A DNA stretch of 62,839 nucleotides, filler included, from Choristocarpus tenellus KU-1152 (Eukaryota > Protista > Phaeophyceae): the NCBI GenBank assembly GCA_964200185.2. It is 8 parts of 8 records of this genome, joined end to end, with 100 filler letters (N's around TTAATTAATTAA, not from the genome) between each part and the next. Parts side by side here need not be neighbours in the genome. Positions count along the whole stretch, not along the records: positions 11,522 to 33,225 come from CAXNAD020000329.1; 7 more parts are not named here. One strand, given 5' to 3'. The position numbers and the translations under genes were made by a program. The notes beneath the pieces are model-generated. The model was given only the letters and a program-made list of their open reading frames with translations, did no database searches and was not told where the DNA came from. Below, in pieces: positions 13,238-25,889 of this stretch (positions within the stretch are counted from its first letter, which is position 1; each line of letters starts with the position of its first letter).

Positions 13238-16200
13238 CTTTCCTGTACCCAAAGCAGACACCAGAGTAAAGTGGCGTACAGAAGAGGTCTCCTTGGCAGC
13301 CTGAACCACCTTCTCTGTCATGCGGAAGTCCACCTTGATAACAATAAAGAAATTTGTGGGTGCTATCTGGGTCAGTGCTGACTTGACAACGGGGAGCATT
13401 TGAGGTTAGAGGAGTGCTGGCAGGAATAGATTCTCGATTAGAAGATCTGAAGAGGGGTAGGGAAGTGAATATAGCCAATTTCCTGGTGCCCCACATACTT
13501 TGAAAACCAATTGAAATTGCCACCCACTACACAATGGGGGCTAAGCGACTCAGCATACATTACAACTTATTCCGCTGACGGAGTAAGAATATTTTATCAT
13601 ATCATATTTTCTTGTATCCTTATCAGTTTCTTTCACAGACATACAGTACTGAGAATTCCACAATCTTGATGTTCACTTCCATGATGAGGGGGGATGTCAA
13701 GAAACTTCCCACAAATTACATTCATGGATGGTCCATGTTGGTCACAGATAGTGTTGAAGTTGGACTTTTTACATAAAAATAACCACTAGTGAATGTAACA
13801 CAAAATATATCCAAAAAAACGATCATCTAGCATTAGAAGTGTTTTCTGCCTTACGCCATCACCAGATCTCCGGCAACCACAAAACCTGCGGGACTGGCCT
13901 CAACACCATTCACATCGACGAGATGTGATTCTACCTCATCTGCGAAAAAGAGATGGTGTGCATGTTCCCAGGGAGGAAAGATAGAACATTAAGCTTGTGA
14001 CACAGCGAGCGCAGTCGCCGGATCTAGACATCAATGATTTGGGGGTTTTGGCATCTCTACATAGGAGGGTTTGGGCGGAACTTTATGTCACCATTGATGA
14101 AGTTGTGAAGGGGGTTCAAGCATATTCCACGTGTACGACGAAGACACACTTCAGAAGGTGTGGCAGAGTTTGATCAAGATATACAATCAGGTGTTAAGGG
14201 CACTGGGGGGGGGACGATTTTGAGGTAGAGCACACCGGGACAAAAAAAAGGCAGCAGGAGGGCGGGTTGGATAGATCATTCGAAGTAGACCAAGCGGCCT
14301 CTGTGGCGGCCTTGGATTGGTGGGTTGACAGTATCAAACAAAGGCGAGACATAGTTTCTTAATGTAAAATATTCCAGGGAATCCAACGCAAAAGTCCGTC
14401 TTGTAATCACAGGTCATCCCGAAGAGCTGCAACGTAACGGCCCAGACTTATGGGACAGAGAGAGTATCTCCCAATGTAGTACACTATTACTACTCCCATT
14501 GTGTTTCGCCATATCTCCATATGTGAGGTATTCCCTGAATGTCCTTACTACATCTCCAAACGTGTACTACATCCCCCATATGATAAAAACATATTCTAAT
14601 ATGGTGTACAAAATCTCCCAATGTGTTGGTTGTACTTCTGCCCTCATTGTCTTGATGATGTATTGTTCCTTGGCAACCACGACAGAAGAGCTTTCAAAAA
14701 TGTCCTTTACCACCTGAATAAGAAGTTGGTCTTTCTATTTCCCCTTTTCAAGGAGCCCCGCAGGCATATACAGGAAGGACTAAGGCACAAGTGCTCACTC
14801 AATAAGCTCCCTTGTACACTCTGAGTGCCGCGATGTCATGCACCAAAAACCCACAAACTACTGTCAAGACAAATGCATTTTAAGACGGTATAGTTGGGTA
14901 ATGCTTCAGCATGGTGAAAACAAACTGAGAAGAACATTCCAACTTAGAACACTGCACAGTCCAATCCAGTCAACACCTACCTATGAGGTACAAGTGCAGG
15001 GGTGCTCACCCAAATTGTAATTCCCTTCTGGTCCACCCTGCACACTATTGTCACATTATTCATACTCTAGGGTTTGTATTGTGTTGCATTTATCACTCAA
15101 CCCCCCATTTTCCTCCTCAACGAAGAGAATTGCAACAAGCAACAAAAAAGACAAGAGCGGGAATAAGAGAAAAAAGAAAAAAAAAGTTGAAGGCAAAACA
15201 CAAACACAACCACACACTCAAGGATGTTCACAAGCACAGCAAAAAAGAGAACCAAAATTTCACTCTCTAGGGTGCTTACATTGCATTGCTATAAAATTGT
15301 GATTCTTTTCCAGCAAGATACCCCGGAACCCATCCACCTGTTAGATTTTCCTAAAATAATACAGAACAAGAAAGTGACAACTATTCTTGGTTTGAATACA
15401 TACCTTTCATCAGGAGGAGTAAGGAAGACACATTCGAAACACTTTCTCCATTGTTGCCTCCTCACCTGGTAGGGAGCCTTAAAATTTAAGGGCTCAGTCT
15501 CTGAGGCACCCAGGGCACACACCACAGCCTCGCACCCATCTATCGCTTCTGCAATACTGTCCAGGCTCTCCATGTCCACTCCCTTCACCTCCAGAGCCTC
15601 CAACAGACCTTTCACCGGACACATTCATCCAAAATAAAAAACAGTATTCATCCAAAATTAAACAGTATTCATCCAAAATTAAACAGTATTCAATGCAATG
15701 AATCGAATTGGAAATACTTATCTGTGAACAGCAGGATGTCCACAGTAAGATGATACTAGGAGACAGAACGCAAAATGAAAATATAAGCCATCAGAACACC
15801 ATGTACAAAGTCACTCTCTTCATCTACAGCACACCTCACAATGTCCCAGGCCGCTCTTCTCCTCTCCCCCCATGGTCAAATCCTACAAAATCAATGGTAG
15901 GATCAATAATATTATTTATAGTACCAAAAAATAGCAGTAACAGTAACATTATAAAAAATATATATACAGTAATGATGGCCAACCCACGCACTGGCAAGAA
16001 CTCTCAAGATGCAGAAACACCTGATACCTACTACAGTAGTGTATTTCCTGGTCCAGCTACACTTGCTAAATCAACACACATTTAGATGGATTAAGCATAG
16101 AAGGACAGGGTGCACCCTTTGTTTTCTTGGATTTGATCAAATTAGTATAATGTGAATTACTTGAAGCAATAATCTTCATAAAAATAATATGTACTTCCTC

Positions 16201-18520
16201 CATTCGGAATTAAATGTAACATATAACATTTGCAGCCCCAATGAAGAAGTAAGGTTCTTCTTCACATGTTCATATTTTATGGGTGTATTGTGCAGACACT
16301 AAAAGGTTGCCCACCAAAATCTCAAGAAAAATGGGGCAACCTACACCTATCAATGATTCATCCCCTGAAGCCCTCCAAAAATCCATTCCAGCACAGTATT
16401 TTGCCGCATCCAGTGGGGAATTTTGGAGAAGCTTGCCGGCCTCCTCGGCCTTTTGCTTGTTAAAATGGGGAATTTCGAAGACATTGTCACCCTTGGATCC
16501 CAGCACTTCACCATAGACTGTCAAGAGGCCCTGCCAGACACATTATAGTGTCTCCTGGGGGTACACATCAAACACCTCTATTGTGACCTCCACCATCTTC
16601 TTTGTGTTGCTCACCCCCACGCCTTACTTCAGTTGCTGGATGGAATGAAGGATTACCAGGTCGTTGATGTCAAGGTCTGGTTGGGTCTCCATAACAATGT
16701 CGTCTCCCACTGCATCCTCAATTGCCTCCATGATCCCCCCCTTGGTGTGTGGCTTTGCCCTCTCCTGCTACATGAAGATGGTGTGTCCTTCCAGTCTAGG
16801 GATATCCTTGATCATGAGCTTCTTATACCTCTCCCAGTCCACTCTGTCTGGCACAAGCACCTTCGTGCCCTTTGGCCAGTGTTTTCTGGAAAACTGAGTG
16901 ACCTTAGTGTCCACGATTAGCCAGATCCCGATTTTCCCATTTAACCACGCCCCATCAAAGAGCTTCCTAGGGTTAGGGTTATTTTGTGGGCCACAGCTGC
17001 AAGGAACATCACCTTCGTAATGTAACCTTCGTGAGGCAACACTTATTTTGTACCCGTAGGTGTTTGGGGGGGTCTCCTGTCGGGTCCAAGAACACAACTT
17101 ACCCATCTTTGAGTACGTAAAACCACATCTTGCCCACATGCGCCCGGTCATAAAGATTGTCCACCAGTACCCCACTTCCCTCCCTCCTGTGTGTGTGGAT
17201 AATGACGAAACCCATCCTGTTGACTTTCTGCTGGTCTGAAAAGACTCACTTAATCCATCGCTTGACTTTCTTCACTGTGTGATCAGTGTGGTAGGGCCAC
17301 AGGTACAGCATATTTCCAGAGGGTGTGCAGTGCTTTGAGCCTCCATCCAGTGGCAACAAGATTTCAACCCCATCTTACCTACCCCCACAACAGTTATCAT
17401 TGAGTCTGTAACAAATCTGCTGTGGTGCTTTGATGTCAAGGGTTTGGGATGATGTTTTACAATTGGTTCCAGGTTTGTCAAACGAAGCCCTCGATCAAGG
17501 TAATGAGGCCAGCAGTCTTCTCTCCTCAGTGGACAAAATAAATTAATAATTGGTCATATTGCCATTAAGAGTGCTATCCAAATTAACATACGCGCACTGG
17601 TGAATGTACATCTTTCTATCGCAATAGAATGCGAACAATGGTCGAGTGGTCGCACCTCGTGCCACCGCGTGAGCAAGTTTATCACCTATAGGCATGAAGC
17701 CTTGCTTCCTGAAAATGGTCTCCGTCTTGGACACGCTCGAGAAACGCACGGCGGCAGTGACCTTGACACCCTCCGATAGTAGCTCCCTGACAAGGGGATT
17801 TGAAGTCGGTGCAAGATATAACGCAGTTGCACTTGATTGTCAAGTCATAGACTGACGAAGCTCCGAGGTAGCCAACCCACTCTTGAAGATGCGACACGAG
17901 AGAGCAAACAAGTAGCTACTGGGGGGTCTAGATTTAGCTTGGAAACGATAAGACTGTTGTGTATGTCATAATTCCAACCTGTCAACTACAGGATTACAAA
18001 GACAACGGCAGTCTCATCAAATAGCAACATGGCCAACCCCAACTAGATGAGAATCTATGGGACTCTGAACAACCACGAGTAAATACCTGCAGTGGCATAT
18101 CGATGGCAATCAGTTCAGCAGTCCTATGGTATGACATTAAATTGCGCAACTAGACTTTGTATGCGTACAGACGACCATTTTTTCCCGCTGGAGGTTCGAT
18201 GGAGATGACAAAATCGATGGCAATATGGTATGCCCTCATCACAACCACTTTCAAGTACTGCTCTCACAGACGGTCCTAATTCTTTCCGGTAAAATGAGGA
18301 TGAGGGCATGTCACCTGACTACCCGCTGACCTGTGCGCCCGCTTGCACCAGCAACAAACACCTTCTCTGGGCGAACGGAAGATCCACTAGAAGGAGAGAC
18401 CATACGCAATGACGTTCTAGATAAGGAGAAAGCGGATAACCTTACTATGCTACCTGCAAAGAAGGAGAAGCCAGCAAGAAAGGCTAGGGATGGACGCATT
18501 ACTCCCCTTGGGAGTGGCAT
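13238..18520 (-). CDS. Plastid-targeted NAD(P)-binding Rossmann-fold atypical SDR (Tic62/NAD_binding_10-like), 3'-partial
   Basis: Exons 18520-18315, 17786-17686, 15608-15466 and 13333-13238 join in phase: signal peptide, then LSAF, VFVAGASGRTGQRVVRELLSEGVKVTAAVR, AIDGCEAVVCALGASE..PLNFKAPYQ|VDFRMTEKVVQAAK...HFTLVSALGTGK. Downstream exons were not found on this contig. Confidence 0.88.
13890..13985 (+). mobile_element. Mariner (DD39D-type) transposase relic in intron 3 of the SDR gene
   Basis: Translates to NTIHIDEM*FYLICEKEMVCMFPG, matching the VHIDEKWFY first-catalytic-Asp motif of plant/stramenopile-type mariners. Confidence 0.6.
15640..15692. repeat. 21-bp tandem repeat (AAACAGTATTCATCCAAAATT x ~2.5)
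   Basis: Directly visible; lies in the intron near a splice acceptor. Confidence 0.85.
16194..17500 (-). mobile_element. Degenerate Tc1/mariner (DD39D-type) element in intron 2 of the SDR gene
   Basis: Minus-strand frames give KPLT, DNLYDRAHVGKMWFY, PRKLFDGAWLNGKIGIW...PKGTK...RYKKLM, IFM*QERAKPH and QPDLDINDL (mariner motifs, with stops and frameshifts). Ends in TA-CTTCCTCCATTCGG, resembling the Stowaway/mariner terminus. Confidence 0.85.
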
Positions 18521-18939
18521 GCTCTCGTCTCACTTTGTCCTTCGACAATTTCAACTCCTTCTTAGCAACTTACATCATCTGATCATGTCACGAAGATGGT
18601 GTATAAATTGGGGTGAGAAAAGCGTACGAGGGGAGAGATGAGAGTGGGATAGTAATACAAAGAATATATGAAATAAGTGAAATCGGGTCGAAAATGTATG
18701 TATATTCAATCAAACCTTCATTCGACGTTGAACCTTACAAAGAGGGTACGTCTAAATCCTATTTTGGAGAGGGACAGGTTAGCCAAAACATGTTTAGGTA
18801 CACCACCACCACCAGCTGAATTCCCTCCACATATTGCGTGGGAAGCTCTTGCGAACCCCTGACCTGGTATCATGTATTATGGGAGGGCTGGTCCGGATCA
18901 AGATTATCAAGTACCTGGAAGTGGGCTTGGTTCCACGAC

Positions 18940-19290
18940 TGGAATATTCTCTGCCCCTCATCAACAATTCCTAGAACTCCAACTCCACCTGCCTCCAAAT
19001 GCCTTCATCGTGCTCATTTTCTGGAATATCGCAAAGGATTCTGGCGTTGGGATCCACACAAGTAGTCAGGATCATCTGCTTCCACTCTTACCCTCTAGGC
19101 TGCCTCTTTTCACACTCAGTGTACTGAGCAGTATTCTTCCGTGTGTGAAAGTGGTTCAAAAATCAGGGAATATCGATCTTCCACACTGGCATACACATTT
19201 TCACTTACAATGTTCACGGACGGTGACCTTGAAGGTACTGCAGGCTTGCTGCTTTCTCCGCCTCCACTGGTACACCATAGATAATGAGCA
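18940..19290 (-). mobile_element. Probable hAT transposase relic (copy 1)
   Basis: FLNHFHTRKNTAQYTECEKRQPRG*EWKQMILTTCVDPNAR...GIWRQVEL is homologous to the relic at 26.3-26.5 kb; xDPxxK/R resembles the hAT LDPRxK motif. Confidence 0.5.
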
Positions 19291-21441
19291 CAGTTAGAGA
19301 CGCTGTAATGCATGTGTCACTTTCAAGAGTCTTATTCTATGATGAACCCGAGTTAGTAACTTAACTAGACCCATCTCCAAAGTAGAGGAAAAGAACACGT
19401 TTAAAAGAAGTGGAGGATGATGGCAAAGAAGGTGAAGGGGTAGATGAAGGGGCAGAATCTGACTTGACGGCAGGTAGTGGGTCGCAAATGCTAAAGATGG
19501 GTCGCCTGGTGCTGGAAGAGGACCATCGTATCATGACCTACCCCTACATAAATCTATGTTTAGAGTGTGTGACTTGGTATAGCGATCAACAGGGAAGGGG
19601 TAAGAAATACTGTTAATTCAGTTCAGGCAGGTGCTGGTTTCTATTCAAAGTTCAGTCAGTGCAAGGAGCACTTGGAGGAGATTGCACCGGATGCTGAGGA
19701 TTGAGCTGAAGAAAATGATGAGGGATATAGATCAACTCTTTGGTGATCCACTTATTCCATGGTTGAACCGCTTCAAGGACCTTGCACCTCAAAACTGCCA
19801 TTATTCTTCATGAGAACCTTAATGATAGTTACTCACATTGTATGTCAACATTTTAGTGGGAAGGTCATCACTTGAAATAGGAATGTAAAACAAAATTGGA
19901 ATCGCTCCTAGGAGGAATGAAGTATAGAGGTCACCTGTCATCTTCCAAACCTGTTGACTAATACTGTGTGCAGTAATGTTATATATCGACATCAATCACA
20001 CACAACTCATTCCTCCTTCTATCACATTATAGATTGTGTTCAGTTCATCAACTATGATATATCACTTATTTTTACTAATCTGTTATATACCTCTCTGATC
20101 TCCCATCTTGGCTCAACACCGATTGCACAAGATACTCAGAGTGTGTGATACCTACATAACCACGGATAGTATACTGGAGGATACCTAGTATAGAGGGAGT
20201 TTTGCAGAGAGATGCGATGTTTGAGCATTGGGAGTCTTCACATAGAGAAGAAAAGGGTTTGGCTGTTGATGACAGGACACAGACCAAGAGGAGGAATGCG
20301 CGTACAGATGAAATCTCTATGTGATACAAGGACTATATGAATATTAGTCATATTGACCCCATGTACTCTGACCCACAGGTTGAATGACAAGAGTAGTCAT
20401 TGGGTAAGGAAGAGAGAATGTAGGAGTTGGGTGGGCTGTGGAAAAAGTACGGAAGAGACGGGATGCACCTTTACATGATAAGTATTAAAGGGGGAATCAA
20501 GAGAAAATGGGGGAAGGTTATTAGCAAATGAACTCAAGCATTTGCTTGACTACAGTATTTGGAAGTTAAGAGGTGTACGCAAGAGAGAAAACCAATCGAG
20601 AGGTAGGCGAGTTTGGATCCTTTTGCATTATATGTCATCTTTCTTACCCTGCGCAACAAACTCTATTTCATCGCTTCATGTGTACAATTGTACACAAAAT
20701 TGATATTTCCCCTTTCCACACACAACGTGACACCACAATTAAGCAAGGGTTCTTTCTGCAATTGTTCGAAATGGTATATTTTTGCCCTTTCTTGGGATCC
20801 TTAAATTGCAACGCCGCCTACCTCTCAGCGGAGTCTGGGTGTTTCTATCCTGGGGTTAGGGCAAATGAATTGATGCAGAAAGGGATAGGATATGTAGAAA
20901 TCCCAATAGTTTACTAACACTGTGTTGATCGTTCAACTGACTACACATCACCTCCATTTCCTACACTCAAAAGTGGCCTTGGGAGCTGTGAGTAGAATGT
21001 CGCACATACAAGAACTTGAGCATTTGCATGGACCCCAGAAGAAAGGTACAGAAGCAAAGGCAAAGGTAGGGTGTTTGGGGCTCTGGTTGGGGAGTGCAGG
21101 CAACCGAGTTGGCACAGTAGGTGAAAGGATTTATACCACTTCCGATGCTTCCACAAGCACTTTCTTCACCTTCCATCAGCGTAAATTTCCATTTTCTTTC
21201 GCCTATGTCAGGAGTACAGGAAGGGGTCACGCAGAGGTGACGAATCAGCCTTGAGCTGGAAGAACCAACTGTGGGGAGCACAGATGGGACGGACCAAGGG
21301 ACTCAAAGAATCTGGGTGGGTGGGGGGCTACACCAGGGTGTCCATTTGGGCCTTGACAAGGAGAAGTGCGCTTGCATTATCCATACGACGCATGCAACCA
21401 AATCACCCAAAAATCGCGGTATGGAAAAATGGGCCCAAAAT

Positions 21442-21705
21442 GGACAGGAAAAGGCTGAGGAGGCGGGCAAGCTCCCCCCGAATTCCCCAATGGATGCGGT
21501 GAAATACCGTGATGGAATGGAATTTGGAGAGTTTGGGGCCCGGAATCGTCGATAGGAGTAGGTTGCCCAATTTTGCTTGAAGTTTTTGTGGGCAACATTG
21601 TAGTGTCTGCATAATACACCCGTAAAATAAGAGTATGTGAAAAATAAACATCTTCATCGGGGCTGCAAATGTAATGTTACACTTAATTCCAAATGGAGGA
21701 GGAAG
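21442..21705 (+). mobile_element. Second, inverted copy of the mariner terminal ~270 bp
   Basis: Reverse complement aligns with 16194-16460; ends ...GGAGGAAG-TA. Confidence 0.8.
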
Positions 21706-22290
21706 TAGGTAGTATGTTGGTGCTGTACTCTGCATACTACATATAGAGTAATACTTTTAGATTGATAGAGACTTTCTAAGAGGACGGTGAGCCTGGGAAC
21801 GCAAGAGTATGACCACGGGCATGCATCAAGGATTGACAGTGTCAGATCGTCATCCTGGTTTTATTGTGTAAACCTCGCCCTCCTTTTGCTCACTCCACCT
21901 AGCAATTAATAATTGTTCCCTTCTTGGGGTTGTGCCCAAACTGGTGACTTTTGGGGGAGGAAGTATGTAAGTCTTTACTTGAATGCATTTTCAAGAATCC
22001 GTTGGCAATTAATTCCTCCTTTTGGCCGTTGACTGTCAACCACCTGCTTGTCTTTCAGTTGGTTTGACTCAGAGAAACCAGCCCTCTCAAGACAAGCTTA
22101 CCACTACATCCGTCGAAATAATAGGTGAATTGCAAAAGATAAAATAAATGGCTTACAACGCAAAACCACAAAAAAATGTGTACCTCTCGTTCCTTTGGCT
22201 CCCTTCTTGTATGTAACTTCACAAAAGTACAATACGAATTATGCAGGGCATCATCATACACTGTGTCAATGGTACAAGACACATACAAGC

Positions 22291-22513
22291 AACTGTTTGA
22301 CACATTCCCTTGTTCTTGATACACAGTAGTATGTTCCACAACAGTCATCACCATCACTAGTCGTGAGCATTCACTGTCATACGAAGGTTCAAGAGAACAA
22401 AACACAAACCACTGTTTGACACACTCTGCTGCTCTTGACAAACAGCGTGATGTCAACAATAATCACTATCACGAGTCGCCAACATAATCCCGTGCTCTGA
22501 ACACGAAAGGTCC
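22291..22513. repeat. Diverged ~120-bp tandem duplication
   Basis: ACTGTTTGACACA...TCTTGA...ATCAC.ATCAC.AGTCG...ACGAA-GG occurs twice (22291 and 22411). Confidence 0.6.
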
Positions 22514-24579
22514 TCAGCTTTCGGCCACAATGCTCAAATTCCATCTATACCTTACAAAAAAATAAATCCATTTATCGGTCTTACACTCATTTTTTTGTTA
22601 TTATTACTCAAAAATTAAGATTCTTCCTTCCCACACTATTTCAACTCCATACTGAAACCTCAAATCCATACAAAAAATGCCATCATTCAATCCCAAAAGT
22701 CTATACGGTAAGGTTAATCCAATTTCTCTTTGCTCAAGTCTTAAGCTCTCTTTGATTCCGTGCATTGAAGTATTCCGCACTGGAACCACGGTTATGATGA
22801 TCAAACGTTTACCTTCGTGGATGACGATGTTTGTTGGTGTGAGCATTTAATGTTAATGTCACAAGGGACCTATGATCTCAATTCTGTTGACTGAACTCAC
22901 AAGGCTCACAACTGGTGGCGCATATTACTATTCTCATAGTGTGGGGTTTCTTGTCGCCCACACTAATTATTTATTAATCATTTGCTTGTCTTCACTATAA
23001 CGAGCCTAACTATAACATAACACGAATCAATGGACAGTAGTGAATCAATACATATGATATATATGTATCACTAGCTCTCCACCCTACTTTCTACTTCACC
23101 AGTGGAGTCTATAGTGTATCAGCAGCACTATCTACGAAAATGTACAGCCATCTATCCCACCCTGGTGAACAGATGACACTCGATCTTTGCTGGTCGCAGT
23201 ATTCACTCATCTAATCTTTTTCGCTTCCACGTTCGCCCCTTCCAGAACCACATATCTATCTTTATCCTCCTGCTTTACGGAGCCGGGAAAGCGTGCTTGA
23301 CACGCCTCAAGGATTCAACAAAACCATGAAGGATGAATCTAGGTTGTGTCAAGGAGCTATCAAGAGTCTCATGTGGTGAGCTGAGTATTTTCTTCGATAT
23401 TGTGAGATAAGATTGGGTCTTAAGTTACAAACGCTTCCAGTAGCTTCCCTTGATGGGACATGTAGCCCCAGTGCACAAACCCGTAGGTTGATAATTTGTC
23501 TCGAAGACGGCACCTGTGATGTATTGAAAGTCAATCAGCAAGATGGCTGATTGCCAGACTGTTATCATGACAGTAGTACGAGTTCTTTCACGCTTGATGT
23601 TTGATTGGTCGAGATGCACTTGAGGGGCTTGAATTTCCTCAAATGCCTTCCAAATGTCATGAGTATGATGTGTCTGCCATATTTTTGTGAACTGAATACT
23701 CCAATTCATTCTCAATTATATAGATTTTACGCTGTATTTATAAGACGGTTTTGAACCTTCCCTTTTTGGGCTGTTTGAGTACTTACTTGCCGCTTACACC
23801 AGTCAATGAGTCGATAGCGATACTTACACTTAATTGACTGTCACACTTGACCAGTCACCCTCTACACTTCACCTCCAAATATGCTGCTGGTGGAATTTAG
23901 CCACAGTGAGGTCCTGCTGTTGATTGGATTTGATTCTGGTGTACGACAAGTTTCCCTATTCTTGGCATCTGTTGGAGGACCTATACCAATTTCTCCTTTC
24001 CTTTACCCCACCCCCTTTATTTCTGGTCATCACTTCAACATTGCTCTGAGGATCTCCGTCTTGAATATTTCCCCACTCTTTCCAGCCTCTGTGTCAGAGA
24101 ACCCTTCCAGTTCCCCATTTGGGGTTTCATCACCTGCATCCAAATCAGTGCCTTTACCTCCCAATGCGCATTCTTCCCACCCCGTGGACTTCTCGCCATC
24201 TCCATATCATTCGACAGTATAACCAGTCTTAACAACCAAGGCTAGGTAGCTGTTGAGGTGCTCGATTGGTGCCATCTCCCTATGAAGGAGTAAATATCAG
24301 TGACTCGGTGGTGTAGTTGAAGATGAATAACCACTTTAAAGCCCAAGTCGGGGTCTCTGATCTTGATCTCCTGCACAGCATAACTGAGCATTACATGCAG
24401 AGTTAAGAATGAGTCATTTCTTAACAAAAAATACCTGGACATTTTCTGAGAAAGACAGAGGCAGGATAGGGTGGAGAGGGAATTTTGATTCATTGTTTGT
24501 GAGAATACAACCTTCGAAGAGATGAGTTCATTTTGACTCAGAAGAAGGAAAGGGTAGTATTTGAGCACTAACAAAATTA

Positions 24580-25880
24580 AAGAAGATTTTGAATGCATCT
24601 AAGTAATGTGTGACTAAAGCTTTTCAAAATTTCCCCCCCCATTGGTATCATATTGATATGGGGCAGTGATCGGGAAGACAAAACGATCAAACAACAGTTT
24701 TGAATCCACCCAAGCAATCTTTAGCTAACAATGATTTATAGTACTTCAAAACATTGCCCCTAGTATTACCATTGATACCTTACTGATACGGGGCAGTGAG
24801 TTCATAACCGATCAAAAAACAGTTTTTAATCCTTTCAAACAATGTGTAGCTGACACTTGTTCAAAATATGTCAATATGTTACCCTTCATGTTATCATAGG
24901 TATCCTATTCTTGCGGGGCAGTGGTCGGAAAGGCAAAGCGATCAAATATCAGTTTTGGATTTATTCGAGCAATGTGCAACTGACAAATATTGAAAATACT
25001 TGAAAATATTGCCTCTAATGCTACCATTGATATATATATTATTGATATGGGGCAGTTATGGGGTCGATAGTCTAAGAAACAACAACTTTTGAATCCATTC
25101 AGGCAATACGTAATTGACAAATGTTCACGATACTTCAAGACGTCCCTCCCATAGGTATCTTATTTATGTGAAGCAGTTATTGGGGGCAAGAAAAGATAAT
25201 GCAATAGACAGTTTCGAATTCACTCAAGCAATGTGTAACTAACAATTATTCAAAATGTTTCAAAATAATATCCCTCATATTGTCATCAGTATCTTATTGA
25301 TCTAGGGCAGTGATTGGGCAGATGAAACGACCAAACAACAATTTTGGATCCATTCAAGGAATGTGTGACTTATACTTCGTATGAATTCATCAGGATGCTG
25401 CCCCTCCTGTTACCATACGTATCTTATTCATAAAGGGTGGTGATTGGGGAGATAAATCGATCAAAGAATAATTTTGGATACAGTTAAGCAATATGTAACG
25501 AACACTTACCGAAAATACTTCCAAATGTTGCACCCCATGTCTCCATCATACCTTGTGGGTACAGGGGGGATAGTGGGCAGGTGGAACGGCCAAAAAATAG
25601 TTTTGGGTACACCCAACAAATTTATATGTAAGCATTACGCAAAATGCTTCTAACTACTACTCCTTAAGTTACCATTGATGTAGTTAGGACAGGGGGCAGA
25701 AATTGGGCGGGCGAAATGGTGAAGCAATAGTTATGAATCCATCCAATCAATATACGCCACTGATGCATTAAATGCTTCAATATTATTGCTGCCTATACTA
25801 TCAAAACATTTTTTTATATGGGCAAATAATGGGCAGTTAAAAAAGTAATCGGTTTTGGATCCATCCGAGCAATGCATTGC
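24580..25880. repeat. Diverged tandem array, ~130-bp unit x ~10
   Basis: GGGCAGT-type anchors at ~24661, 24791, 24916, 25050, 25171, 25305, 25435, 25564, 25694 and 25820, each followed by CGATCAAA..AGTTTTGRATCCA.TCAAGCAAT-like blocks. Confidence 0.9.
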
Positions 25881-25889
25881 TGATTCTTA

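Noticed and set aside
22550-24560. Coding-like decayed sequence on the minus strand
   Set aside because: Many stops and no recognisable motif in any frame
24580-25880. CRISPR-like or coding-repeat reading of the 130-bp array
   Set aside because: No identical repeats with unique spacers, no cas genes, unit length mostly not a multiple of 3, and stops in all frames
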